Positions 28,433-37,500 of a DNA stretch of 64,000 bases are shown here, one piece after another. The stretch is from a virus (Duplodnaviria > Heunggongvirae > Uroviricota > Caudoviricetes). A program made the position numbers and the translations under genes. The notes below the pieces were generated by a model. The model worked only from the letters and a program-made list of their open reading frames with translations, was not told the DNA's origin and did no database searches. The stretch is taken from the IMG/VR virus record IMGVR_UViG_3300045049_000270, one strand, 5' to 3'. Positions within the stretch are counted from its first letter, which is position 1, and every line of letters begins with the position of its first letter.

Positions 28433-29995
28433 TCAAGCATTGTCGTTGTCTTCAGCTAAATCCAATACTCGCTTGATTGCCGCAGGCGTCACCGGTTTTA
28501 CCAAATGTTCGTCAAATCCGGTACTGATTGATCGAGCTCGAGCATCATCGCCTCCAAATCCGGTCATAGCTGATATAATTGTATGAGCAAGCTCCGGCAT
28601 TTCTTTCAAGCATTCACGTACTTGAAATCCATCCAGACCTGGCATTGCTAGATCAAGTAACACAATGTCAGGTTTAAATGTTTTTGCAAGTGCGATAGCA
28701 TTTTTGCCGTTATATACCGAACGGGTTTCATGACCCATCATAGTTAAAAACATCGCCATACTATCAGCTGAATCATGATTATCGTCAACTACCATGATCT
28801 TATAAATGGGGTGATCTGTTGTTCTCCCATTGCTATCATAATAAGAATCAGTAATTTGCACCGAATGTTTAGGCAAACGCACAGTGAAGGTGCTACCAGT
28901 GCCCTTACCAGCGCTTTCCGCCGAGATTGCTCCACCGTGCATTTCAACAAGTGATCGACATAATGTTAATCCAATGCCTAAACCACTTTCAGTTGGGTTC
29001 AATTGTGTATCGTCTTGCACGAACAAATTGAAAATTTCACCTATCGCCTTTTCAGTCAAACCGCGTCCATTGTCTGCTATCTTGATAGCAACAGATCGTT
29101 CCTCATCATGCACAGTAAGCATGATGAACCCACCATTTGCTGTGAACTTACTAGCATTATGCAGTAAGTTTTGAATTACTTGCACCAACCGAGTTAGATC
29201 ACCGTTTACAATGATATCGTGATCGGGAATGTTTACGTCAAATTGTTGGTTTTTATTATTGAAGAAATGACGTGACGATTCAACGCTTCGAAGTACGGCT
29301 TCGCGTATGTCAATTGGTTTACAATGTAGAACGATTTTACCAGTTGATATACGGCCGATATCGAGTAAATCATCAACCAATCGTGTCATATGCGTTAATT
29401 GGCGATCGATGATGTCTCGACAGTTTTTTGCGCTTATTGGTAAACCAGATTCAATCTGCAAGATGCTCACCGCATTGCGGATAGGAGCTAACGGGTTGCG
29501 CAATTCATGCGCAAGCATGGCTAGAAATTCGTTTATACGCTGACCTGATGCTTCGAGTTCTTCAAGCCGTTTCCGTTCAGTCATGTCGCGCGTGATCTTT
29601 GCGAATCCTATCAAATTATGCTTATCATCATACAAAGCTGTCAGAATGACATTGGCCCAGAATAAAGACCCATCTTTTCGCACACGCCAACCTTCCTGAA
29701 CTATTTTACCCTTTTGCTTGGCGACAGCCAATGCTCTATAAGGAGCACCACGTTCAAGATCAGGTGGGGTATAAAAGATGGAGAAATGTTTTCCTATTAC
29801 TTCGTCTGATGTGTATCCTTTAATATTCTGGGCACCAATATTCCAGCTAGATACACAACCATTTTGGTCCAACATGAAGATGGCGTAATCTTCTATGTGA
29901 GTGACAAGTAGACGATAACGATCCTCTACAGGAATTGACATCTCACTTACAACATCAGGTGACGGCGATGCCTCACGTTCGCCTGGTTCATTCAT
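28433..29995 (-). CDS. PAS-domain hybrid sensor histidine kinase / response regulator
   Basis: PAS-PAC (SWNIGA...RKDGSLFWA), H-box LAHELRNPL, N-box NLLHNASKFT, G boxes DNGRG and GLGIGL, receiver VVDDN...LLDLAMP...KP. Confidence 0.95.
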   Translation of the reverse strand: MNEPGEREASPSPDVVSEMSIPVEDRYRLLVTHIEDYAIFMLDQNGCVSSWNIGAQNIKGYTSDEVIGKHFSIFYTPPDLERGAPYRALAVAKQKGKIVQEGWRVRKDGSLFWANVILTALYDDKHNLIGFAKITRDMTERKRLEELEASGQRINEFLAMLAHELRNPLAPIRNAVSILQIESGLPISAKNCRDIIDRQLTHMTRLVDDLLDIGRISTGKIVLHCKPIDIREAVLRSVESSRHFFNNKNQQFDVNIPDHDIIVNGDLTRLVQVIQNLLHNASKFTANGGFIMLTVHDEERSVAIKIADNGRGLTEKAIGEIFNLFVQDDTQLNPTESGLGIGLTLCRSLVEMHGGAISAESAGKGTGSTFTVRLPKHSVQITDSYYDSNGRTTDHPIYKIMVVDDNHDSADSMAMFLTMMGHETRSVYNGKNAIALAKTFKPDIVLLDLAMPGLDGFQVRECLKEMPELAHTIISAMTGFGGDDARARSISTGFDEHLVKPVTPAAIKRVLDLAEDNDNA

Positions 29996-30106
29996 AATGG
30001 AACCCTGTTTGAGGTCTTATCGAGAATACGTCAACTTATAATAACAGGCTTTTTAGCATTTGTGCTAGGCAATGATCCTAACACACAATTGCGCCCAAAG
30101 CTGTAA

Positions 30107-30529
30107 CTACGATATTAGTTTAGATTTAAAAATGTATTCACTGTGTATCATTTTGAATGCGATTGCATGCGAATCGTCTTCAATTGTGAATAATGTGAAA
30201 ATAGGATCGAGCATACTTGTAGTTGCCGCGTGTTCTTCTCTGCACCATCCTTCACCTTCGTAAATCTTACTGATTCTCCAGCCATATTCTAATGCATCAA
30301 GATCTTCTTTGAACAAAAGCTTGTTGTAATAGTTGTTAATGTCTCTGTAAATTGATGGATCACTGTGTTCAAAATAGAGCGCATTACTTGTGAATACGAC
30401 GGTTTCATCAACCAAATAACTTAATTTGCGAGAGTTGGTTTCGGGCCCAACATTGATAATAAGCCAATGCATCATTTGATCTACGATTTCATATGATGCG
30501 AAACCGTGAATGATGAATTCAGTAGTCAT
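30107..30529 (-). CDS. FKL-family protein
   Basis: WLIINVG; GEGW; IEDDSHAIAFKM. Confidence 0.7.
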   Translation of the reverse strand: MTTEFIIHGFASYEIVDQMMHWLIINVGPETNSRKLSYLVDETVVFTSNALYFEHSDPSIYRDINNYYNKLLFKEDLDALEYGWRISKIYEGEGWCREEHAATTSMLDPIFTLFTIEDDSHAIAFKMIHSEYIFKSKLIS

Positions 30530-30903
30530 TACATGAACTTCAATTTAAATTCTACAGCCATTGTATCATCTTCAACGATCAGGTATATTTCTTGATTATG
30601 ATTTTTGAGCTTTTTACCTGATAGGCCCTGTGCCACATTTATACAAAGTTTGATATATCGCAAAGTGAACGACCAATTCTTACCACTATATTTAATAGTA
30701 TTTACGACAATAGCATTCGTAAATTTTTCACCCATTGCTTGCAATAGTTCTTTTGCAGTATCGAATTTAAATTCTGGTTCACCAAGTAAGTGGAATTTAC
30801 TTGAATAATCGTAGAAGGGACCGTGTTCAAGTTGAAGCCAATCTTGTATTGCTTCAACTTTTGAAGATGAAAGGTCAAAAGAAAGTTCGAACGTATGGCT
30901 CAC
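30529..30903 (-). CDS. FKL-family protein
   Basis: DWLQLEHG; GKNW; VEDDTMAVEFKL. Confidence 0.7.
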   Translation of the reverse strand: MSHTFELSFDLSSSKVEAIQDWLQLEHGPFYDYSSKFHLLGEPEFKFDTAKELLQAMGEKFTNAIVVNTIKYSGKNWSFTLRYIKLCINVAQGLSGKKLKNHNQEIYLIVEDDTMAVEFKLKFM

Positions 30904-31285
30904 TGGTTACCTGGCTGAATGTTAATTTTAGTTCTATTGCCAGCATCTCATCTTCAATACCAAGTGTCTGGATATCCTGCATCGGCTCTGAATCCCCATC
31001 AGGAGCAATCACATGCTTGATTTGAAGCTGTGCATACCAACCATTACCAGTATAGCGCAATATGCGATAAAAACAATTTACACCAAGTGATTTGGTAAAG
31101 AAGCGCACGTACTGAGCATTTATTCGTTGCCCAGTTGTTGAATCAAATTCACCAAATATACGAGGCCCGGCCTGCCAGAACTTGACCTTTGCTTCATGAT
31201 CCGTCTCGGTTTTTTCTTTCAACCAAGTAATAATGTTTAAGTACGGTAATGATTCAAAGTCGCAGCTAAATCCCATTGTTATCAT
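30875..31285 (-). CDS. FKL-family protein
   Basis: TWLKE; GNGW; IEDEMLAIELKL. Confidence 0.7.
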   Translation of the reverse strand: MITMGFSCDFESLPYLNIITWLKEKTETDHEAKVKFWQAGPRIFGEFDSTTGQRINAQYVRFFTKSLGVNCFYRILRYTGNGWYAQLQIKHVIAPDGDSEPMQDIQTLGIEDEMLAIELKLTFSQVTSEPYVRTFF

Positions 31286-31584
31286 TTGAATTTATAGGGG
31301 AAGTGATGACGGACGATCCGTTCGATTAACGAATCGCGTTGACTGGATGAAATGTTACCCCAGAGCCATAGCCCATTTTCAACACGATGAATGGTAGCGA
31401 TGGTTCGACTTTGTACTACCACACGTTGGGCTGCATTTTCCACACGCTTGCTGAGCGTGTGGATCATTCCGGTGCGTGCATATTGCATCGAAAGTTCATG
31501 CCCACTGCATCGCACGTTATGTGATTCAATAACTTCAATAATCAGAACGTCTATTGAACCAACTTTGAGCGCTTCTTGGCGCAT
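31282..31584 (-). CDS. hypothetical protein
   Basis: GGGGG RBS; higher GC. Confidence 0.6.
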   Translation of the reverse strand: MRQEALKVGSIDVLIIEVIESHNVRCSGHELSMQYARTGMIHTLSKRVENAAQRVVVQSRTIATIHRVENGLWLWGNISSSQRDSLIERIVRHHFPYKFK

Positions 31585-31641
31585 GGCACCCCCGAAAATG
31601 ACGTTTCACTAAGGATAACATCATTTGAATGGGGATGCTAG

Positions 31642-32217
31642 TCAAACGTGTTCGCTATGGCGAACATCTCGAATCTTACGGTGCGCGGGTTTTTCAGTTG
31701 AAGCACCGTCGATGTCTGCACAGAACCGACGAGTACTAGCAGCAATTGCGGCTGCATACTTCATCATTTTGCGGTATACCGGAGACTTTTGCGCTTCAGC
31801 ATCCGGCACCAGCAAAATCGGCTTGTAATCCTTCACCAGAGACTGCCAGCCTATGCTGTTTTTCAGCTCTTTGCGTAAGCTGATGCCTCGATCCTTGATC
31901 GCGTACTTCACCAGTGCTAATGTCATCTCAATAGGTAAATGATGCTGCGCCCAGTTTACAAAGTTGTCGAAGTAGCGAGCAAGCTCGACCCCCTCGACTT
32001 TATCCTGTTCACTGCGCAGTAGCTCAACCATGATGAGTGCGCTCTTCAACCCGTCCAGGCGCCGTATACGCATGCCCGTCTTCAATGTGTCGAAAACGCG
32101 CTGGTGATAGCTATATTCACCATCTATATGAGGTGACGCTCCATTTACAAGAATGTTAAAGCAGTGATCGATAATCATTTCAAGTTGCGCAGCCAGACAG
32201 CGCTTGCGTCTTGTCAA
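31642..32217 (-). CDS. hypothetical protein
   Basis: 191-aa ORF, higher GC; start uncertain. Confidence 0.6.
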   Translation of the reverse strand: MTRRKRCLAAQLEMIIDHCFNILVNGASPHIDGEYSYHQRVFDTLKTGMRIRRLDGLKSALIMVELLRSEQDKVEGVELARYFDNFVNWAQHHLPIEMTLALVKYAIKDRGISLRKELKNSIGWQSLVKDYKPILLVPDAEAQKSPVYRKMMKYAAAIAASTRRFCADIDGASTEKPAHRKIRDVRHSEHV

Positions 32218-32364
32218 TTAGCGAAACTTCCGCGTTGTTCGCACTGTACATACGTTCACGCTGTATTGCAATGCAGCGAAAACGCTAAAACCTTCGTACC
32301 ACTAACAATTTATGAATTTTTAAGCATTTATGGGCCGACCACTTTTAGGCAAAAAAGCCTTTAA

Positions 32365-32377
32365 AATCAATGACTTA
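32365..32377 (+). promoter_or_regulatory. IHF consensus site
   Basis: AATCAA-TGAC-TTA matches WATCAANNNNTTR. Confidence 0.45.
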
Positions 32378-32412
32378 TGATCCAAATGATCGATGAATCA
32401 AGTATTGAATTC

Positions 32413-32428
32413 CTGTACGCCTATACAG
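32413..32428. promoter_or_regulatory. SOS (LexA) box-like palindrome
   Basis: CTGT-ACGCCTAT-ACAG = CTGT-N8-ACAG. Confidence 0.55.
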
Positions 32429-32607
32429 TGTTGCGGCAACCATACGAACTTGCAACACTTTGTTAATGGTCAAACCTTGTCACTGCAGAAACACCACTTC
32501 CATGAAGCAAGAATAGTAACCGTATTGAATATCGTATGTGCGACACCGCACGTTAAATGAAGTGACTGTAATTTTCGATAAAAATTACACAGATGAAGTA
32601 AAACACG

Positions 32608-32636
32608 AAAGAAGGGCCCATTTGGGCCCTTCTTTT
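32608..32636. terminator. intrinsic terminator
   Basis: AAAGAAGGGCCCA-TT-TGGGCCCTTCTTTT. Confidence 0.8.
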
Positions 32637-32659
32637 AAGTGCTTACTAAGTTACAGTAA

Positions 32660-32896
32660 TTAAACTGCTCGAGCTTTCGCAATTTCATAATGAACAATGC
32701 GATTGCTCTGGCCGTATTTTGTTACTACCCCTTTCAAAGCCAAATTTGTGAGATGTTCACTCAGAGTGTGTTGGCGAATACCAAGCTTGCGAGCCAATGA
32801 AGCTTGCGTTGGTGCAACACCAGCCTTGCGTTGCTCCTTGCGAAGAGCCTTGACGATTTGATGTTGACGATCGGTAAGAATAACTGATTTTGCCAT
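32660..32896 (-). CDS. LexA-like winged-HTH protein (DNA-binding domain only)
   Basis: LTDRQHQIV..L....K.GVAPT...LA..LG.....SEHL..LA.KGVV aligns with the LexA N-terminal domain; no Ala-Gly cleavage site or peptidase domain. Confidence 0.75.
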   Translation of the reverse strand: MAKSVILTDRQHQIVKALRKEQRKAGVAPTQASLARKLGIRQHTLSEHLTNLALKGVVTKYGQSNRIVHYEIAKARAV

Positions 32897-33015
32897 TTTA
32901 ATGATTCCTTATGATTGTTATTTTGAACTACATCCGGAACTTCTTGTTGTTTTAATGTTCCGCGAAGCCATTGTGCAACCACATAGAAATCACGTCAAAA
33001 TTATTTTTCTATCAA

Positions 33016-33324
33016 TTATGAAGCATCTTCATTAACACGCATTCTTGCTTCTTCATCTTCAGCGCGTCTTTTCGCTAAAAGCTGCTCTTCACTGTAGACC
33101 GGCAAATTTTTCATCACTAAGAAAGTTGATGAACCGGTTTGGTGGTGAAATTTTGTATCATGTCCGTACTTTTCAATAAGTTGTTCAATTAACACATGAA
33201 GATCAAATAGCGGTTGGTTTAAAAATTGATAAAGCCACACATGATCAATACATCGCCATTCATATCCTATTGGAGTCATATCAACACCATATAGCATTTG
33301 TGGTTCTACCATTATTTCACCCAA
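33016..33324 (-). CDS. hypothetical protein
   Basis: ORF coupled to the upstream gene. Confidence 0.55.
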   Translation of the reverse strand: MGEIMVEPQMLYGVDMTPIGYEWRCIDHVWLYQFLNQPLFDLHVLIEQLIEKYGHDTKFHHQTGSSTFLVMKNLPVYSEEQLLAKRRAEDEEARMRVNEDAS

Positions 33325-33935
33325 GCGAACTTATTTTCTTCGATATATTGAAAAATATGCGGAACTGAATTTTTCGCATCAAGTTCCGGCATCTTAGCTG
33401 CTGAACCAACTTCAATATGCGATAGTAGAGCCCGCATAACATAAAAGTGGTTAACACAAAGAACGTTCTGTCCCGCCGCCAGCTTTGGCAGTATTACAGA
33501 ATTGAAGAATGGAATCACTCGATCATAAACCTGCTGTTGAGTCTCACCGATTGCTGGATCACCAGGTACAGTGTCCAGATGATCATCCCAACCTTGGATC
33601 ACACCACCACCGTACATTTCTTTCAATGTAGCAGTTGGTACATATTCCGTGAAACCATACTGCCGTTCACGAAGGTCAGCATAGGTTAAAACTTCAATTG
33701 GTGGATGGTTTGCACCACTAAGGAAAGCGGCGGCTGTGAGATATGTGCGGGGATATGTTGAACAGCACGCGAAATCAAATTTGATATGACCATAAAGAGC
33801 GCTAAATTCTTGCCCAGCCGTCAAAGTGTCCTGAAACCCCTTTGGAGTAAGGAAGTTCGTTTCGTTTGGGGCAGCTTTGTGAGCTTTCGAGTTGGTATAA
33901 CTCTGTCCGTGTCGTAAAATTACTAGTTTTGCCAT
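33312..33935 (-). CDS. histidine phosphatase / phosphoglycerate mutase family protein
   Basis: LVILRHGQS, LTPKG, LRERQYG, GET, NVLCVNH motifs. Confidence 0.88.
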   Translation of the reverse strand: MAKLVILRHGQSYTNSKAHKAAPNETNFLTPKGFQDTLTAGQEFSALYGHIKFDFACCSTYPRTYLTAAAFLSGANHPPIEVLTYADLRERQYGFTEYVPTATLKEMYGGGVIQGWDDHLDTVPGDPAIGETQQQVYDRVIPFFNSVILPKLAAGQNVLCVNHFYVMRALLSHIEVGSAAKMPELDAKNSVPHIFQYIEENKFAWVK

Positions 33936-34018
33936 TTTTTGTCCTTTTTATCTGGCAAGTATAAAGCTTTTCACATATTCATGCAACAACCGCCATTCAT
34001 ATTGGTAAATATACTCCT

Positions 34019-34459
34019 CTACAAAACGTCAGAAAATGTAACTTTGAATTGCAATGCTAGTACTTCGTCTTCAATGTGAATTATCCGACCGACATTCAGT
34101 CTACCGTCATCGGCATAGTAATCCATATATGACAGATATTCGAAACCTTCGCCTTCGCAAACAGTTGACGATTCAAATATAAGACTAATGCTTGGATTCA
34201 TTACTCCTTCTTTCATCAGAAGTAAATCATCTTTCGGCAAAGAATTCAAGAAACGGTTGTTGATGATTTCTGAAGGGAGTGAGCATCGATCAACCCATGT
34301 CATATAACCTGACTTAGTTTGGAGTTTTATTGCGCAAAGTCCAAACATTTCACGAAACCAACAAAGCATTTCATCTTGTTTTTTGAACGGAGATCGCATT
34401 TGAAGAAGCTTTGATCCACTAGTCGTGCATGAAAAATCACGTACAAAAAAGCGAGCCAT
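34019..34459 (-). CDS. FKL-family protein
   Basis: CWFREMFG; GEGF; IEDEVLALQFKV. Confidence 0.7.
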   Translation of the reverse strand: MARFFVRDFSCTTSGSKLLQMRSPFKKQDEMLCWFREMFGLCAIKLQTKSGYMTWVDRCSLPSEIINNRFLNSLPKDDLLLMKEGVMNPSISLIFESSTVCEGEGFEYLSYMDYYADDGRLNVGRIIHIEDEVLALQFKVTFSDVL

Positions 34460-34554
34460 GACGTTACCTCTTGAAGCCTAGATATCTAAATGATATATTC
34501 ACCTGTCATGTTAGTCAACGCATTAGTTTCATTATAGAGTAAAAGGTGGCAACT

Positions 34555-34592
34555 GAACTCCTTATAAATATCACGATAAGATTCAGGGGTTC
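34555..34592 (+). promoter_or_regulatory. late promoter TATAAATA in an RBS-pairing hairpin
   Basis: GAACTCCT-TATAAATA...AGGGGTTC before ATG 34596. Confidence 0.7.
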
Positions 34593-34595
34593 TAT

Positions 34596-37500
34596 ATGCC
34601 AACAATCAAAGATGGACAGATTCAGCCAGAGACTGGTAAAATCACGTATCCAGATTCAGCTACAAACGATGCAGCGTCAACAAATTCTGCATCAAGCTCA
34701 TCGAACAGTAGTGATACTAATTCTTCTACTAGTTCGAGAGCAGCGACTGATTCCAACACAATCATGTCGGTCACTGGTTTCAATATTTCAAATGAGGGCG
34801 GTGAGGGAATTCTTGCTTATGTAAACGGTGGAGAAACTACTACATTTGCATTTAAATCTTTGGCAGCTGGCACTGGCATCGCCCTTACTGCTGATGGTTC
34901 ATCAATTACAATATCTTCTACCGTGACTGGGTCCGCCGGTGATATTCTTCCAGTGATTTATGGCGGTACTGGAGTGACTAGCATGCCAGCAAATGCGCTA
35001 TTGCTAGGTAATAATACAAGCCAGATTAATTTCGTTAATGCTCCTAGTACCAACGGTCAATTTCTAACCTTTGACGGTTCAAACATTAAATGGGGTTCAA
35101 TCACCGCATCAAATGTTTCTGGATTGGCCACTGTTGCAACTTCTGGTAGCTACAATGATCTAGCCAATCAACCCCTACTTTCAACTGTTGCACATACTGG
35201 TTCTTACACTGATCTGACAAATACCCCAGTGTTGTCGGTTGTAGCAACAAGTGGATCTTATAACGATTTATTGAATAAACCAAATCTGGCGAAGGTTGCC
35301 ACATCAGGAGTTTATACCGATCTAACTGGTACTCCGGTTCTTGCAACAGTGGCCACCACCGGAAAATATAGTGATTTGACGGGAACTCCAGTATTGGCAA
35401 CCGTAGCAACAACTGGTTCATATACTGATCTTATCAACACACCAACGCCACCAACTCCATATACTTTGCCTATTGCTTCGGCAACAGTGCTTGGTGGTGT
35501 CAAAGTTAGCAGTGATTTCTCAATTTCTTCGGATGGTACTATTTCAATCCCAGCCGGTCTTGGTAGTGTCAAGTCGGTGGCATTGAATATGCCATCAATT
35601 TTCGCAGTATCAGGTTCGCCAGTTACGACCACCGGTACTTTGACTGCCGTTCTGTTGGGCCAGAATGCAAATACTTTCTTCTCGGGGCCCGCAACTGGTT
35701 CGGCAGATATCCCTACATTCCGAAAAATTGAAGGTGTAGACCTACCACCAGCAACAACATCATCATTGGGTGCGATTATTGTTGGCCCAGGATTGAATGT
35801 CGATATTTCTGGTAATTTGAGTACTGATGTTTACTCATTTATGGGTAGAACAGGTGCAATCGTGTTGCAATCAGGTGACATGGTTGATAAGAATGGTAAC
35901 TTTATTCTAGCGTCACCATCATTTGTTGGAATGCCAACTGCGCCAACACCTGCTACGACCGATAATTCTACTACATTGGCAACAACTGCATTCGTTAAGA
36001 ATGCATTGACTGCATTCAATATTCCACCCGCAACCATTTCAACCATTGGTGGTGTAATTGTTGGTTCTGGTTTGACCGTTGATAGTTCAGGCAATTTGAG
36101 TGCTAATGTCACAAAGTTCATGGGTAGAACAGGTGCCATTACATTACAACCAGCCGACTTGCAGAATCAAAACACAGGTAATTTTTTGCTTGATTCTCCA
36201 ATATTCACCGGAGCACCACAAGCACCAACGACAACAATTACCGATAATTCCAACAATATTGCGACAACATCATTTGTACATTCGTTGGTAAATGCATCAG
36301 GAGTTTCATCTTTTAATGGTAGAACTGGAGTTGTTACGTTCACATCAGCTGATTTGACAAATGCTGGGGGCGCTCCAATCAATAGTCCTGTATTCGTTGG
36401 CAATCCAACTGCCCCAACATTAGCAATTTCTGACAGCACTACTTCCCTTGCGACAACAGCATTCGTTCATAATTTGGTTAATGCATCGGGAGTTTCGACC
36501 TTTAATGGACGTTCTGGCACTGTAACTTTGCAAGCATCTGACTTGCAAACAAGTGGTGGTGCATTTCTGCTTGATTCACCAGTAATTACTGGTACCCCTA
36601 CTGCATCAACGGCCGCAACAGGTACAAATAGTAGCCAACTTGCAACCACGGCATTTGTTCAGAATACCTTAAATTCGGTTGCAGTTACAAGCGTGGCAGG
36701 TAAAACTGGGGCAGTCACCTTGTCATACACTGACATTGCTGGTGCCGCCCCAATTGATAGCCCAGTGTTTACTGGTTTACCATCAATTGACGGACATACT
36801 CCGTTCTTAATTGATGATATTGGTAATACATTAGCTACCACATCTTGGGTCTATCAAGCGCTTGCTGGTGCATCAGTGGTGAATATCGTTACTTATCCAG
36901 CTATTCCAGCAAAATACTATAACATGCCGATTATGACTTTGGTCGGCACTGTTAATACAGGTCCATATACAGTAACCCTACCAAGTACAGGTAAATGGAC
37001 AATTATTAATAATGCTGGCCCAGCTATTATCACATTGAGTTGTGGTACTGGTCAAACTCTAGATTTAGTTGGTGGCGGTATTTACGAAATTATTGCTGAT
37101 GGTGGTATCTATTTCGCAAACGAAATGGGTGTTACTCGTCCATTCAACGATAGCACCAAGTATCTGGCTACTACCGAATTCGTTGCAACCGCCATTGGCA
37201 GTTTGGCAACTGGTGTAACATCGTTCAACACTCGTACTGGTGCGATCATATTTCAAGCATCAGACATGCAAGCTACGGATGGCACGTTCCTGCTGTCATC
37301 ACCACAATTCACAGGAACTCCAACCGCCCCAACTCCCCCTGCAGGTACGAATACATCACAAATTGCTACCACAGCATTTGTTGCTAATTCGTTCGCTCCA
37401 TTAGCAAGCCCAGCATTGACAGGAACGCCAACGGCGCCTACTGCTGCCCAAGGTGATAATTCATCAACGATTGCTACTACATCGTTTGTTAATCGTTTCA

